A stretch of 64,000 bases of DNA, from the NCBI GenBank assembly GCA_000004985.1, contig GG738872.1; one strand, written 5' to 3'. This document shows positions 43,591 through 55,133 of the stretch, piece after piece. Position numbers and translations under genes: made by a program. Each line of letters starts with the position of its first letter. Within the stretch, counting starts at the first letter, position 1. Source of the stretch: Naegleria gruberi (lineage: Eukaryota). Under the pieces are notes generated by a model. It ran no database searches, was not told the DNA's origin, and worked only from the letters and a program-made list of their open reading frames with translations.

Positions 43591-44022
43591 TTTTTATTTT
43601 TAAAAATTTGTAATATCAAAAAACATTGAGGATTGCCTTTCAACTGTTTAGCTTCATAGGCAGTCTTCATTTCAGATAGAACATATTGAAAGTTCAATAT
43701 TGCTTCAATCTTTTTTAAAAATTTTAACCACAATTATAATAATAGAATTTAAATAAATTGAATACATAGAGATCAGCATTACATGACTCCATAGCAATCA
43801 TACCAATAATCAAAGGACAAAAGGCAACTTATGGGTTTGCGTACTCGATTGCTGTGAAGTGGGTACACAAGCTCAGTTGTCTTTTTTTCCATTCTCTAAT
43901 TTCAATTTCTTTTGCTCCTCCATTCTCATCCCAAATGATGGTAAACTACTACTCGAAAGTGAATAAAAAATTGTAACTTACAAAGATTCCATTCGTTTCC
44001 AAAATGTACAAAACCAAAAAAA

Positions 44023-45379
44023 ATGCTCGAAAAGCCAACCCACACCATTTCACTGATCGGGCAAAAAGGCAGTGGTAAATCAACACTTTTAGGTCAACTA
44101 TTGTATAGGATGGGATATGTTTTCGATGAACAATTAGAAGAAATTTCAAAAACTGCTGATCAATTAGGAAAACCAAATTGTAAATATTCCTTCCTGGTCA
44201 ACACAACCAGAAAGGAGAGGGAATGTGCATCAAGTAGTCAATTATCGTTTAGACAAGTGGAAACTAAAAATTATTTCTGTAATTTAATTGACACACCAGG
44301 TAGGAATTCTTATTTGAATTTATTGAAACATTTTTGGAATATTGAAAGGAATGGCAGTTTATATGAAGAAAACAATTCGTGCATTGGCAATTTCGAATAC
44401 AGTTATTGCAGTAATTGATCCGAGAGAAGTCGAATTCGAAAGGAGCATCAATCGATTTGATGGAATATTGAGACAGTACATGTTTTCTTCCAGAGTTTCC
44501 AATTCACAAATTATTTGTTGTGTCAATTTAATGGATCATCCAGAAGTTAATTATTCAGAGCAAGTCTTTGTGAAAACAGTTAGTGAACTTTCAAACATCT
44601 TGAAAAGAATAGGATGTAGGTCTCCAGTAGATATCATTCCAATTTCTGGTTATTGTGGAGATAATATTGTGGAAATATCTGATAAAACACCATGGTATGA
44701 GGGTAAATGTCTATTGGATGCTTTGAATTCATTGAAACCAACTGCAAATAATCTGGAACAAAGTTTAAGAATTCCAATTTTGGATGTTAAAAAAATAAGT
44801 GGAGTTGGAACAGTTGTTTATGGAAAAGTTGTAGCAGGAATACTAAAAATGGGGTCAAAAATAGTATTGGCTAATTCTAATATTGAAAATGCAAGAATTG
44901 AAGCTATTGAATCATTTGGAAAGCGATTGGAAGAAGCAAAATCTGGTCAACTGGTGGCTATCAACTTGCGTAATGTCTTCCACAGCTCAATCAAATCAGG
45001 AGATGTAATATTAGAGGGGGGGAAATCTACTGGTATTGTAACTCGCTTCTTTGAAGCCTGTATTTTAAATATTGGCCATCCAAACAACATTCATCCAAAT
45101 TACAAGCCTACAATTCAAGTACAGGCTACTCAAGCTACTTGTAAATTGGTTACTATTAAGAAAACCACAACTCCACAAGGGGTTTTGATTGAAAATTCAC
45201 CACGCTTTATTAAGAGAAATGAATTTGGAGTGGTTGAGTGTGAATTAGACAAAGCTTGTTATTTGGATAAGGATGTGTTTTGTAGATTTTATTTCAGAGA
45301 TTTGAGGAAGGTAATAGGATTTGGCTTGATTACTCGTGTTGGAGTTGAACAGCCCGTGGAAAGTGAAAGTAATAAATAA
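44023..45379 (+). CDS. EF-1alpha-family GTPase paralogue with altered GTPase motifs; 2 exons (44023-44299, 44349-45379; about 435 aa)
   Basis: N-terminus KPTHTISLIGQKGSGKSTLLGQLLY aligns with the EF1A G1 region (KTHINIVVIGHVDSGKST). G3 is DTPG|M instead of DAPGH, with Met replacing the catalytic His across the splice junction. Then YMKKTIRALAISNTVIAVID (EF1A: FIKNMITGTSQADCAVLIV), G4 NLMD, and a domain II/III-like region (ILDVKKISGVGTVVYGKVVAGILKMGSKIV). Intron GTAGGA at 44300 to AG at 44347-44348, frame preserved. Confidence 0.7.
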
Positions 45380-45706
45380 TTAGAACTAATTGTTGGAAAA
45401 AATCATTTCAATAAAACTCTTTCCACCTTATTTACCTGTCGTTATTTGTTTTCCTCACCTCTGAGATTAAATATTGTATTAACGTTAGAAATTTTATTGA
45501 ATACTGAATTAAATTCAATCTGATATCATTCAATGTATGTTATACTTTAAGGAGCTAATTTAAACTGATAAGGATTAAGCTATATTGGCTACTAGTTGTC
45601 TACTTTGAATTTGTTGACAGAGTTGTATAGCTTTGGTTGTGTTCCTTTTTTTGAGGCTTTTTCCAAGTTGTAAAATACTTCTAATTCCTCTAGGTTTTTC
45701 ATGGGG

Positions 45707-46880
45707 TCATTCATAAACGTAAATGAAAGTATCATGAGCAACAAACAATCTTCCAGTAAATCTATCAAGACAAAGACCTGACGAGCCATGGGGTAATTTC
45801 TTTTTCAAAATTAACTTTCCATCTCTATCAATAACAAATGCCTTGAATTTACCAAATGCAGGATTAATAATGAAATATATCAATCCAGATAGTCTATCCA
45901 TATCAATGAAATCCACTAATGATCCAGGTTGTTCAAAAATTATTTCTTGTTTCCATTCTCCATTCACATATTCGAATCGTTCAATATTCCTGTCAATCAT
46001 TACGAAAAATGAATTCTCAGCCAAACGATCCACACATATAGAACCACTCAACCATTGAGGACTCATATCATATTTGGTAAGAGAGCTTCCAGTTGTTGCA
46101 TCATAAAACCTTACGGAATTAGAATCCACTGAAACTACTCTCTTTCCTTCAAGCATTAAAACATTAATTCCCTTATCTGAATGATAACCCTCAACTTTCC
46201 ATAATGGATTGCACTTCCCCTTCGTTTCAATAAATTCCCTTAAATCGTATTTTACAATGTGTTGTGAATGATTGTTTATCAGTGCATCAAATCCTCGTCC
46301 ATTATAATTTTCCTCAATTGTAAAACAAGAAACCTTCTTTCCATGTGAAATGATGTAACTTTTGTAATTTGTTACTTGGTCAATTATCATAAAACTATAT
46401 CTCGTCAATGCTATTAAACAAGAGCATTGCTTTGATAGTTTAACATCATAGAGAGGCTCAAAAGTTTCCTCAAAATATTGCCTACAATCAATTGTAGAAA
46501 TTAAATTAAAATTATTGGAGAATGGTGCTAAATGTTTTTCCCTGAATTTTTGTTGCAGCTTTGGTAAAAAGTTGCTCCGAACCATCATCAACAACAAGAT
46601 TATTCTTTTTGGAACTGTGTGGAACAAAATCAATCAGCTGAATGTGTTGCGGCATTTTTTTAACCAACTTTCCAGTAAGATTGGTTTTTACAATATTGGT
46701 CAACTGAAGATTCTTAGAATCATAAAGATTAATTTGAATATTGAGCTCAGGTTTGATTTCAACAATTCTTGGCGTTTCAAATAAAACACTATCTCTTTTG
46801 TAAACACAAGGAAAATGTTCGAGTTTTACTCGGAGAGAATGGGAACGAATCAAACTCCTAAAACCCTTTTGAACATGCAA
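45707..46880 (-). CDS. hypothetical protein, beta-propeller-like. Two overlapping ORF segments (46880-46512 and 46633-45707) imply a short intron or frameshift near 46560-46600.
   Basis: Long open frames in two phases on the minus strand. A candidate 37-nt GT-AG intron would join them in frame, but this is not secure. No family recognised. Confidence 0.4.
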
Positions 46881-47061
46881 CTCTTCAATAACTGAAACAA
46901 ACTTTACAAAAGAGATTGTTGTGGATTGTACGATAACGTTAAAAAATTAAAATCTTTTCATAGGACAAAAAAAATCACAACATTGTTTCTTCCTCATATT
47001 TGAATAGATCACAGTAATAGATAGTTATTGACACTCTCCTTTGATCATCACCAATTCCGAG

Positions 47062-48736
47062 ATGAGACCTCAACAACAAACACTAATTTATTTATTCATG
47101 ATGATGATGATTGGTTTCATCATCATGATGTTACTAAACATTCATCATGTTCAATCAATTTCTATCAAAATTCCAACCAAACAACAACAACACCCATCCA
47201 AAACAATGTTACCAATTCATCATCATCATCATCAAAATTCAAATCCTATCAAGAAGGGAAAAGTAAACAATATTGGAAAAAGTAGTGCAGAGTGGCGTTC
47301 CCGAAGTATTTATCAAATTATTACTGATAGATTTAGTCCTTCTGAGAGTGGAAGTGGAAAATCGTGTCCTCTCCTCTATACTTATTGTGGAGGTACTTTT
47401 CAGGGAATTACTTCACATTTGAACTATGTGAAAAGTTTGGGATTTAATGCTATTTGGATTAGTCCAATTGTGTTGAATTTACCTGGTGGATATCATGGTA
47501 AGTTGTGGAATTATTGACAAGTTGACCAGATGGTTGAAAATTAATTTTGTAAAGGTTATTGGGCTCAGGATTGGTTTGCTGTTAATCCACATTTTGGAAC
47601 TCAAGCTGATTTGATTAATTTGGTTAAAACAGCTCATAGTATGGATATTTGGGTTATGGTAGATGTAGTTTTCAATCATGTTGTAAGTTTTTTCGATGAG
47701 TTTCGTTTACAAATTAAATTAGGGACCTGTTGGTTTTGATTTTTCAGAAATTTCACCATTCAATTCATCAACTCATTATCATCCTTATTGTCAAATTAAT
47801 AACTGGTCTAATCAAACAGAAGTGGAATATTGTAGATTGGCTGATTTACCTGATTTGGATCAAAGTAATAATTTTGTTTACAAGACATTGTCAAATTGGA
47901 TTACTGATTTTGTTTTAAATACTTTTGGATTTGATGGTATTAGAATTGATACAGTACCTGAAATTTCCAAGACTTTCTGGAGTGATTTGAAAACCAACAT
48001 TTTGGCTCCAAAGTATGGAGATATTTACTCAATTGGAGAAGTGTTAAATGGAGATATGAATTATGTAGCTCCATATGCAAATATTTTGGGTGCAACTCTC
48101 CACTATCCAATGTATTTTGTTTTAAAGAGCATCTTTTCACAAGGTGGAAGCATGTATCAAATCAGAAATACCATCAACAGTGCACGATCTCTCGTTAAGG
48201 ATACATCTCTTCTTGGAGTATTTATTGATAATCATGATAATCCAAGATTTTTGAATTATGAAAGTGATTACAAATTATATCAAAATGCATTGACCTATGT
48301 ATTGACCTCAGAGGGAATTCCAATCTTTTACTATGGTACAGAACAAGGGTTCAATGGTGGTGCAGATCCTTTCAATAGAGAACCATTATGGCCAACCAGC
48401 TTTAACCAAAATTCCTATCTCTTCACTTTCGTCCAAAAGATTATGAATTTTAGAAATACTCACTTCCAAGAATTTTTAAATAATCCATTACAAGTTGAGA
48501 GATATGTGGCTAATAACTTTTATGCATTCTCAAGAGGAAATGTCTTTGTTGCCACAACAAATGTTGGTTCCAGTTATGGTCGATTGCAATATACCATTAC
48601 TTATCATCCCTATTCTGATGGAACAGTATTGTGTGATATTTTCTGGGGTAACAATGATTGTGAAACAGTAACTAATGGCCAATTTACTGTAGTCTTACTC
48701 AACGGAGAATCAAAAATCTATTATCCACAACAATAA
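47062..48736 (+). CDS. secreted alpha-amylase, glycoside hydrolase family 13 (Taka-amylase type); 3 exons (47062-47497, 47555-about 47682/47686, 47748-48736)
   Basis: Signal peptide, then AEWRSRSIYQIITDRF…YCGGTFQGI…GFNAIWISPI…GYHG|YWAQDWFAVNPHFGTQADL…MVDVVFNHV|…HPYCQINNWSNQTEVEYCRLADLPDLDQ…GFDGIRIDTV…GEVLNGD…FIDNHDNPRF…PIFYYGTEQGF. GTAAGT donors at 47498 and 47683. The second intron's canonical boundaries leave a 1-nt frame discrepancy (see findings). Confidence 0.85.
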
Positions 48737-49641
48737 AAGAGATTCTCAAATTTTCCTTAGACCTTTTTTACAGGCATTCCGAAATTAGGCAAGCTTTACA
48801 AATTAATTTTGGAAAGGAAATTGTTGTAAAATGTGCAAACGAACAACTTTGAATTGATTTCAAAAAGATATAATTCCAACGAAGGTCAATTGAAGACAAG
48901 TATTCGTTGCGTTGGATATTGAGAGGATCGATCTTCTTTGAAAGCAATACCTAGAAAAACAAACATAACAACCAGAAAAGATCATCGCTCATTCAAAACT
49001 ATATTGAATGAATTTCGAGAATTTCAGCTGTCTTTTTGTTGGGTCGTTACTTTTTCTTCCTGCATTGACGTTGACGTTTTTTCGCAACAAGTCCTGTCAA
49101 TAATCAAAAAAAAGTTTTCAACAGCATAACCCAGCCACTCGTGGAAACCATTCCATCCTACCCAAAAACCACTTTCATTTGTGTCCTAGGATACGTTTCC
49201 ATTCTTGCTGTCCACAAAACAACCAAAGGTTCACTTTGAAAATACATTCTTTTCGCGCCAATTTCGTAAAACTCCAAACAAGTCCACCGTATTCGTTGGT
49301 CCAATTTTAATTAGAAAAGCAACTTGCAGATTTTCTTCTTTGTTTTTTGGTTGTTGTGGAAGAAAATATTTATACATTCTCTCATCAAATATTGTATCAT
49401 CACCCAAGAGTTAACTCCGCTTTTTTCTCAACCACCTCCAACATCATCATCAAACAAAATTCCCCTCCCTCTCTCTTTCCGTTGTATATTTATTCATCAT
49501 CATTTTGGCAAATTTTGAATATTACTCTATATTTGTAACAATATATTAGCTATATATTGTTATTATTGAAGATATTAGATTGTATATTATCGCCCTTTTT
49601 TTGATTAGGCAATTCATATTTATTTAAATTATTAAAACACA

Positions 49642-51020
49642 ATGAAAATACTAAGAAGATTAGTTTCAAAGAAGAAGAAAAGATATGAAGATCCAGAGAA
49701 TGGATTTGATTTAGATCTTGCTTGTAAGTGTTTATCATAATATCAAAATATCATTAATTGCTGCTGCTACTTCTATTGTTGTTCAATTAACATCAATTGT
49801 CAAAAAATTCAGACATAACTCCGAATATTATTGCCATGGGATATCCATCTCCTAATTTTGAAAAGATTTATCGTAATCCAATGGAGGAAGTTCAACGATT
49901 TTTGGAAACTAAACACAAAGACAAGTACAAGTTGTGGAATTTGTGTGCTGAAAGATCCTACGATAAGACATGTTTCCATGGTCGTGTTGAAGATAGTTAT
50001 CAATTCTATGATCATGAAGCTCCAAAGTTTGAAATTTTAATTCCATTTTGTAAAAATGTTCATGAATGGTTGAGTCAAGATCCAGAAAATGTTGCTGTCA
50101 TTCACTGTAAAGCAGGAAAAGGAAGAACAGGTGTTTGTATCAGTTGTTATCTCATGTATGCTCAACTTCAACCAAGTGCTAAAGCAAGTTTAGATTTTTA
50201 TGGTAAAGCAAGAACAAAAAATCACAAAGGTGTCACAATTCCAAGTCAAAGAAGATATGTACATTATTTGGAGACAGCATTCGTAGAAAATACAAAGAGA
50301 CGTCTCAGTTCAATTGAAGTAGTTGAAACTAAAAGCAGTGATAGTATACAGAGCAATAATGGTGATAATGTAGTTGAGAGTAGCTCTGTGAAAAAACCAC
50401 ACTCTGCTGAGCCATCATCATCCGATATTGACTCTCCTGTCAGTACACCAACACCAACACCTACAACAGAAGAACCAAAGAAGAAATCATACATTGATGT
50501 CATGTCCAAACTAGACGATTCTGATATTGTATTCCCAAATGCTACTCCTTCTCTAAGACTCAAAACTATTTCGATAACACCAGCCCCTGTAATTGGTGGT
50601 ATTCTTAATTTTGAAGTACTTGACGGAGATTTTGCAGTTTTGTAAGTATTCTTGTTTTTCAATTTTATAATTGACCTAAATTATCTTAATAGATACGACC
50701 ATAAGGATTACGAGAGAAATGGTGTCACTTACAAAACATCTGACAACTCTTTGACTGTAAATATTAATGTACCAGTCAATGGTGATGCTAAAATTGTTGT
50801 GAAAAAGAAAAAGAGAGGAAAATTCGTGAAATTCTTCCATTTTTGGATCAATACTCATTTCGTAGAAAAGGACTCTGAGGATGATAATTTATTCAGGGTT
50901 TCGTTTGAAAAACACGAATTGGACAAAATTTACCGAGACACCAAACACAAAAAGCTGCCAGAAGGTTGTAAGGTCGAATTGACTTTTAATCGTAATACTG
51001 ATACTCGTACTTCAGAATAA
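49642..51020 (+). CDS. PTEN: PTEN lipid/protein phosphatase with C2 domain; 3 exons (49642-49723, 49813-50641, 50693-51020; 412 aa)
   Basis: MKILRRLVSKKKKRYEDPENGFDLDLA|YITPNIIAMGYP…KYKLWNLCAER…HCKAGKGRTGVCISCYLM…TIPSQRRYVHY (P-loop HCKAGKGR). C2-domain exon FFHFWINTHFV. GTAAGT donors at 49724 and 50642, AG acceptors at 49811-49812 and 50691-50692. Total length is a multiple of 3. Confidence 0.85.
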
Positions 51021-51298
51021 ATCTCCCTAGTTCTTTAAAATAGCTCCCTATTAATCAAACTTAATTTATTGGACGTACTCGAATTAAGAGAATGTAATTA
51101 TATTAAAAAATTCTGGACTAGATTCAGAAAATATTTACTATGTGTTTCCATCCAACAGTTTGATATCAATGCAATTCATCATATTTGCCAATGGTTCCTT
51201 TGAAAACTCACTTAGCCACAGTAAAACCACAGTAATACACAGTATTGGTATGGAGTTTTTATAATAATAACAAAATTTACTAAAAAAAAAGATTCATC

Positions 51299-52819
51299 AT
51301 GGCTTTAAGGCGACGCAACCATAAGGCAAATTTGTTGTCGTTTTTAATGGCTTGCGTGATGATGGCTCTAATGATGCTGTCTATTGGAATCAATGCATCT
51401 AAGTTATATATGAAGGGATCGGAACGCTTTTCTGCAACTCCAATGATGAAACTTGATGTAGCCATTGATCAAGTTGTCTCAAAGAGCTGTTTGGCTGGTT
51501 TGAAAGGAGTTCAATGTCCTGAAAATATTGGCAAGAAGAGATTTACACCATCATCAACTTTGGATTTGTTGTTTGCTGGAATGGGTTATGACTCTTATGC
51601 ACACACTGTTAAACCTCAGATTTTGAATTCCAATACTGTCAATGTCTTGTCTAGCCCAAGTGTGAACTCAATTTCAGTAACAATGACTGATGCTCGTCAA
51701 TTCTATTCACAAGTTTATCCAATTTCTGGTCAGCAATCAACATTTTACAATGGGTTGTATACACATAATGGTGGAGCTGATGAAATATTTACAAAATTCT
51801 TTGAAGGAAAATTGAATGTATTGAATGCTCAACAACAATACACAACTCATCAAACATCTGTTACTAATGCAATGGATATTACGAGTGGATTTTCCAGAAT
51901 TGTGGAAATTTTGCCAAATGAAATGAACCAAGAAATGTATGAGAAAATTATTGAATTCTTTGGAGATTCTGTCATGACTCTTGTTAATTTTGGTGGAGTT
52001 GTGGATTCAACTGTTTCTGTTCGTGGTTGCTATTCTGATCCAAATATGGAAAACTATGTTAAAACTCAATTATCTGGAATCATTCAGGGATATGATGCTG
52101 ATGTTCCTGTTGGTTGGGTAAAATACCACAAAATATCTGAATTAGACATTGCAGGTGGTAATCCAGAAATTGATAATATTCCAAGAAGAGTTGAAACCTT
52201 CCACCTAAATCCAGTACCAATTAGATTTGATACAATTCCAATTTGGCAAGTTTTTCCAGAAGGTCCAAAACGAAACAATATGAAAGCAGTTTATGATTCC
52301 TATGTTCAAGCCCAAGGTTCTATGGTTGAGAATAAGATTAATCGCATTCAACAACTCAAATTGCAAGAACTTCAAAAGCCCCAACCATTCGTTGCCTACG
52401 CAAGAAGAAAGTCCAATAACTTTATCTATGGCATTGCAGAAGGATTAATGGCTATTGGACAACCAATAGATATTAGTGCTTTAAGCTACAAATTCTTCAC
52501 CAACCAATTGGCAGTATTGAATGGTAAGACAACAGTTAGATTAATTAGACATAATGAAAATGTATTTCACATGGAGGCCATTCAAAGTTGTCCTAATATG
52601 GGTGCTTATGCTGCTAAAACTCCAACACTTATTTCGAATGTTGTTGGCAACAGTTGTGCTTTCATTCGTCTGGAGAATGCTCCAGTAGGGGGAGGTTTTA
52701 AAAACATGGTGGAAAGGGTGAACTATGATGAGGCTAATGAATTGTTTGTTTGCAGTGGATGTCATGCTTACATTCTTAATTGGACTGATTTGAGATGTGA
52801 TTGTCCAGCAATTAATTAA
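51299..52819 (+). CDS. hypothetical signal-anchored secreted/membrane protein with Cys-rich C-terminus (506 aa)
   Basis: N-terminal hydrophobic anchor (LLSFLMACVMMALMMLSIG). C-terminal CSGCHAYILNWTDLRCDCP. A LYTHNGG motif is superficially MACPF-like but the spacing does not fit. Confidence 0.45.
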   Translation: MALRRRNHKANLLSFLMACVMMALMMLSIGINASKLYMKGSERFSATPMMKLDVAIDQVVSKSCLAGLKGVQCPENIGKKRFTPSSTLDLLFAGMGYDSYAHTVKPQILNSNTVNVLSSPSVNSISVTMTDARQFYSQVYPISGQQSTFYNGLYTHNGGADEIFTKFFEGKLNVLNAQQQYTTHQTSVTNAMDITSGFSRIVEILPNEMNQEMYEKIIEFFGDSVMTLVNFGGVVDSTVSVRGCYSDPNMENYVKTQLSGIIQGYDADVPVGWVKYHKISELDIAGGNPEIDNIPRRVETFHLNPVPIRFDTIPIWQVFPEGPKRNNMKAVYDSYVQAQGSMVENKINRIQQLKLQELQKPQPFVAYARRKSNNFIYGIAEGLMAIGQPIDISALSYKFFTNQLAVLNGKTTVRLIRHNENVFHMEAIQSCPNMGAYAAKTPTLISNVVGNSCAFIRLENAPVGGGFKNMVERVNYDEANELFVCSGCHAYILNWTDLRCDCPAIN

Positions 52820-52913
52820 TGATAAACATCTAATAACCTCAGTTAACAAAGGTCAATAATTTGATGGAGCATTGATCCAATCAGATATAATAATTTAATT
52901 CAAACAATAAAAA

Positions 52914-54785
52914 ATGGCTGAACATGAAAATGATTGGAATGGGAAATTTGTTCTCTCATGTGATGTAGGAACAAATTCAGTGAGAACGGCTCTCATTAGT
53001 CTGGAAAATGGATCCATGAAGGAAAATTCTCTCATCACTCAATTTCAAATTAATATTTGGAGTTATCATACAAAGAAAAAGTGTAATCTCTCCGATGAGG
53101 TATTTATGGAACAATCATCAATGAATATTTGGAATCAGATTTGTGAATCGAGTAGAAAATCAATGATGGCCTCAAAAACTAGCCCTGAACAAGTAGTTGG
53201 AGTTTGCTTTGATGCTACTTGTTCACTGGTTGTTTGGGATGTTGATTTGAATAAGCCAGTTTCTGTTGTCCTTTCTGAAGATCGTCAGCATCAAGATGAA
53301 TTCAATCAGAGAAATGTAATCCTATGGGCTGATCATAGATCAAAACACTTTGCATCTCAAATTAATGACACTAAATTTGAGAAAGTGTTAAAATATGTTG
53401 GAGGAAAGATTTCTCCTGAGATGGAGTTGCCAAAAATTAAATTCCTATTAGAGAATGGAGTTTTTGATTTGGAAGAAAATAAGGGAATACAATTCTTTGA
53501 TTTGGCAGATTGGCTCACCTTCATGTGTACTGGAAATTCACAATTCAGATCACAATGCACAACAACTTGCAAGTGGGGATATGTTTTTGACCAAACAAGT
53601 GCTGATTCCGATATTATTTGTGGAGGATGGAATGTAAAGTTTTTGGAAAATGTGAAATTGGATGGAATTCTAACTCCTATCAATCTAATTGGATCAAGCA
53701 TATGTAAAATTGGATCCAATGTACAATTTAAAATAGCACCATCAGCAGCTGCTCAGCTAGGATTATCTGAGAATGTTTTAGTGGGTGTACCAGTTATTGA
53801 TGCCCATGCAGGAGGATTAGGAATGGTTGGTGCTGTTTTGAATATGGATGAAAAGCATACCAAACAGGATATTACAAAAACCTTGGTGTTGATAGCTGGA
53901 ACATCAAGTTGTCACATGATTGTGTCTGAAGAACCTGTATTTATTGAAGGAGTGTGGGGACCATTTTATAACAGCATGACCTTGGATATGCATTTGAGTG
54001 AAGGAGGCCAGACATTTTGTGGAGCTGCTTTGGATTATATTGTTGAATCTCATCCACAATACTTTAATCTTATTCAAAGTGTATCAAATCAACACAAAAT
54101 TGATAGCACTACTTCAGTATCAGCACTCAAATTAATGGCCATCAAAAAATTAGAATCAATTCTGGAACAAATGAAAGAGCAGAGACAGCTCGAACACATT
54201 GACATGCTCACTTCAGATGTTCACATTTGTCCATATTGGAATGGATGCAGATCACCACTTGCAGATCCTGAATTTAGAGGAGTAATTACTGGCCTCTCAG
54301 TAACCCCTCTAAATACCAACAAGAAAATTGAAAACCTATTGACACAACATTCTTCTCCAATTACTTCAGACGATAGTGATTTTGAACAATTGGCTGTGTT
54401 GTATTTGGCCATGATTCAAGCTTTAGCGTACGGAACCAAACATATTATGCAAGAAATGATAAAGAGTGGCCATACCATTGATAGAATTTTCATGTGTGGT
54501 GGCCTTTCCAATAATGAACTATTCGTAAAACAACATGCAAATATTACTGAAAAACCAATTTATAGAATGGATCAAGATTCCATGCTGTTGGGGTGTGGTG
54601 TACTTTCTTCTGTGGCTTGTGGAGCTTACAGTGACATGTATCATGCAATGAGAAGTATGTGTCATCTAAACAGGGAAAGAGATGTCATGCCAGAAAATGA
54701 ATTACAATTGTATCATCAAAAGAAATTCAATGTATTCATGGAGATTATTAGAGACTTTATCAAATACAGAGAAATGATGAAGTAA
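52914..54785 (+). CDS. FGGY-family carbohydrate kinase (ribulokinase/FGGY-like; 623 aa)
   Basis: N-terminal LSCDVGTNSVRTALIS (actin-fold kinase phosphate-1), WADHRS, PVIDAHAGGLG, AGTSSCHM and C-terminal MCGGLSNNELFVKQHANITEKPI match FGGY kinase signatures. Confidence 0.8.
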   Translation: MAEHENDWNGKFVLSCDVGTNSVRTALISLENGSMKENSLITQFQINIWSYHTKKKCNLSDEVFMEQSSMNIWNQICESSRKSMMASKTSPEQVVGVCFDATCSLVVWDVDLNKPVSVVLSEDRQHQDEFNQRNVILWADHRSKHFASQINDTKFEKVLKYVGGKISPEMELPKIKFLLENGVFDLEENKGIQFFDLADWLTFMCTGNSQFRSQCTTTCKWGYVFDQTSADSDIICGGWNVKFLENVKLDGILTPINLIGSSICKIGSNVQFKIAPSAAAQLGLSENVLVGVPVIDAHAGGLGMVGAVLNMDEKHTKQDITKTLVLIAGTSSCHMIVSEEPVFIEGVWGPFYNSMTLDMHLSEGGQTFCGAALDYIVESHPQYFNLIQSVSNQHKIDSTTSVSALKLMAIKKLESILEQMKEQRQLEHIDMLTSDVHICPYWNGCRSPLADPEFRGVITGLSVTPLNTNKKIENLLTQHSSPITSDDSDFEQLAVLYLAMIQALAYGTKHIMQEMIKSGHTIDRIFMCGGLSNNELFVKQHANITEKPIYRMDQDSMLLGCGVLSSVACGAYSDMYHAMRSMCHLNRERDVMPENELQLYHQKKFNVFMEIIRDFIKYREMMK

Positions 54786-55133
54786 TATTATTACAAGTTT
54801 GTATGGGATGAAACTAGGTGGAAAGTAAATTTACAATAGTAGATAATTGAAGTCTTAACAAAATCTAAAACACAGCCATTTGGAGAGCACTTTTGTAACC
54901 ACTTCAAACTCAAGAAGCACTTCAAATTCAAGAACCACCAATAATACTAATCATTATAAAACTATTTCCAGTAACATATCCTTAAACATTGTGTCCGACT
55001 TCTCTAAAATCGAATTTTCTGCAGGTCCTCACTTGAAACTCCACACAACCTAAAAAAATACCTCAAACAACAACTGCCTAGGCGGATCCTCAAGAAAGAT
55101 TTTGCAATTTTTAAAGAACACATTTTCAAAATC

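Noticed and set aside
51299-52819. Possible MACPF/perforin domain (LYTHNGG)
   Set aside because: The MACPF signature requires Y-G-T-H-x7-G-G spacing. Here GG follows the H directly and no other MACPF features are evident, so it is kept as a hypothetical.
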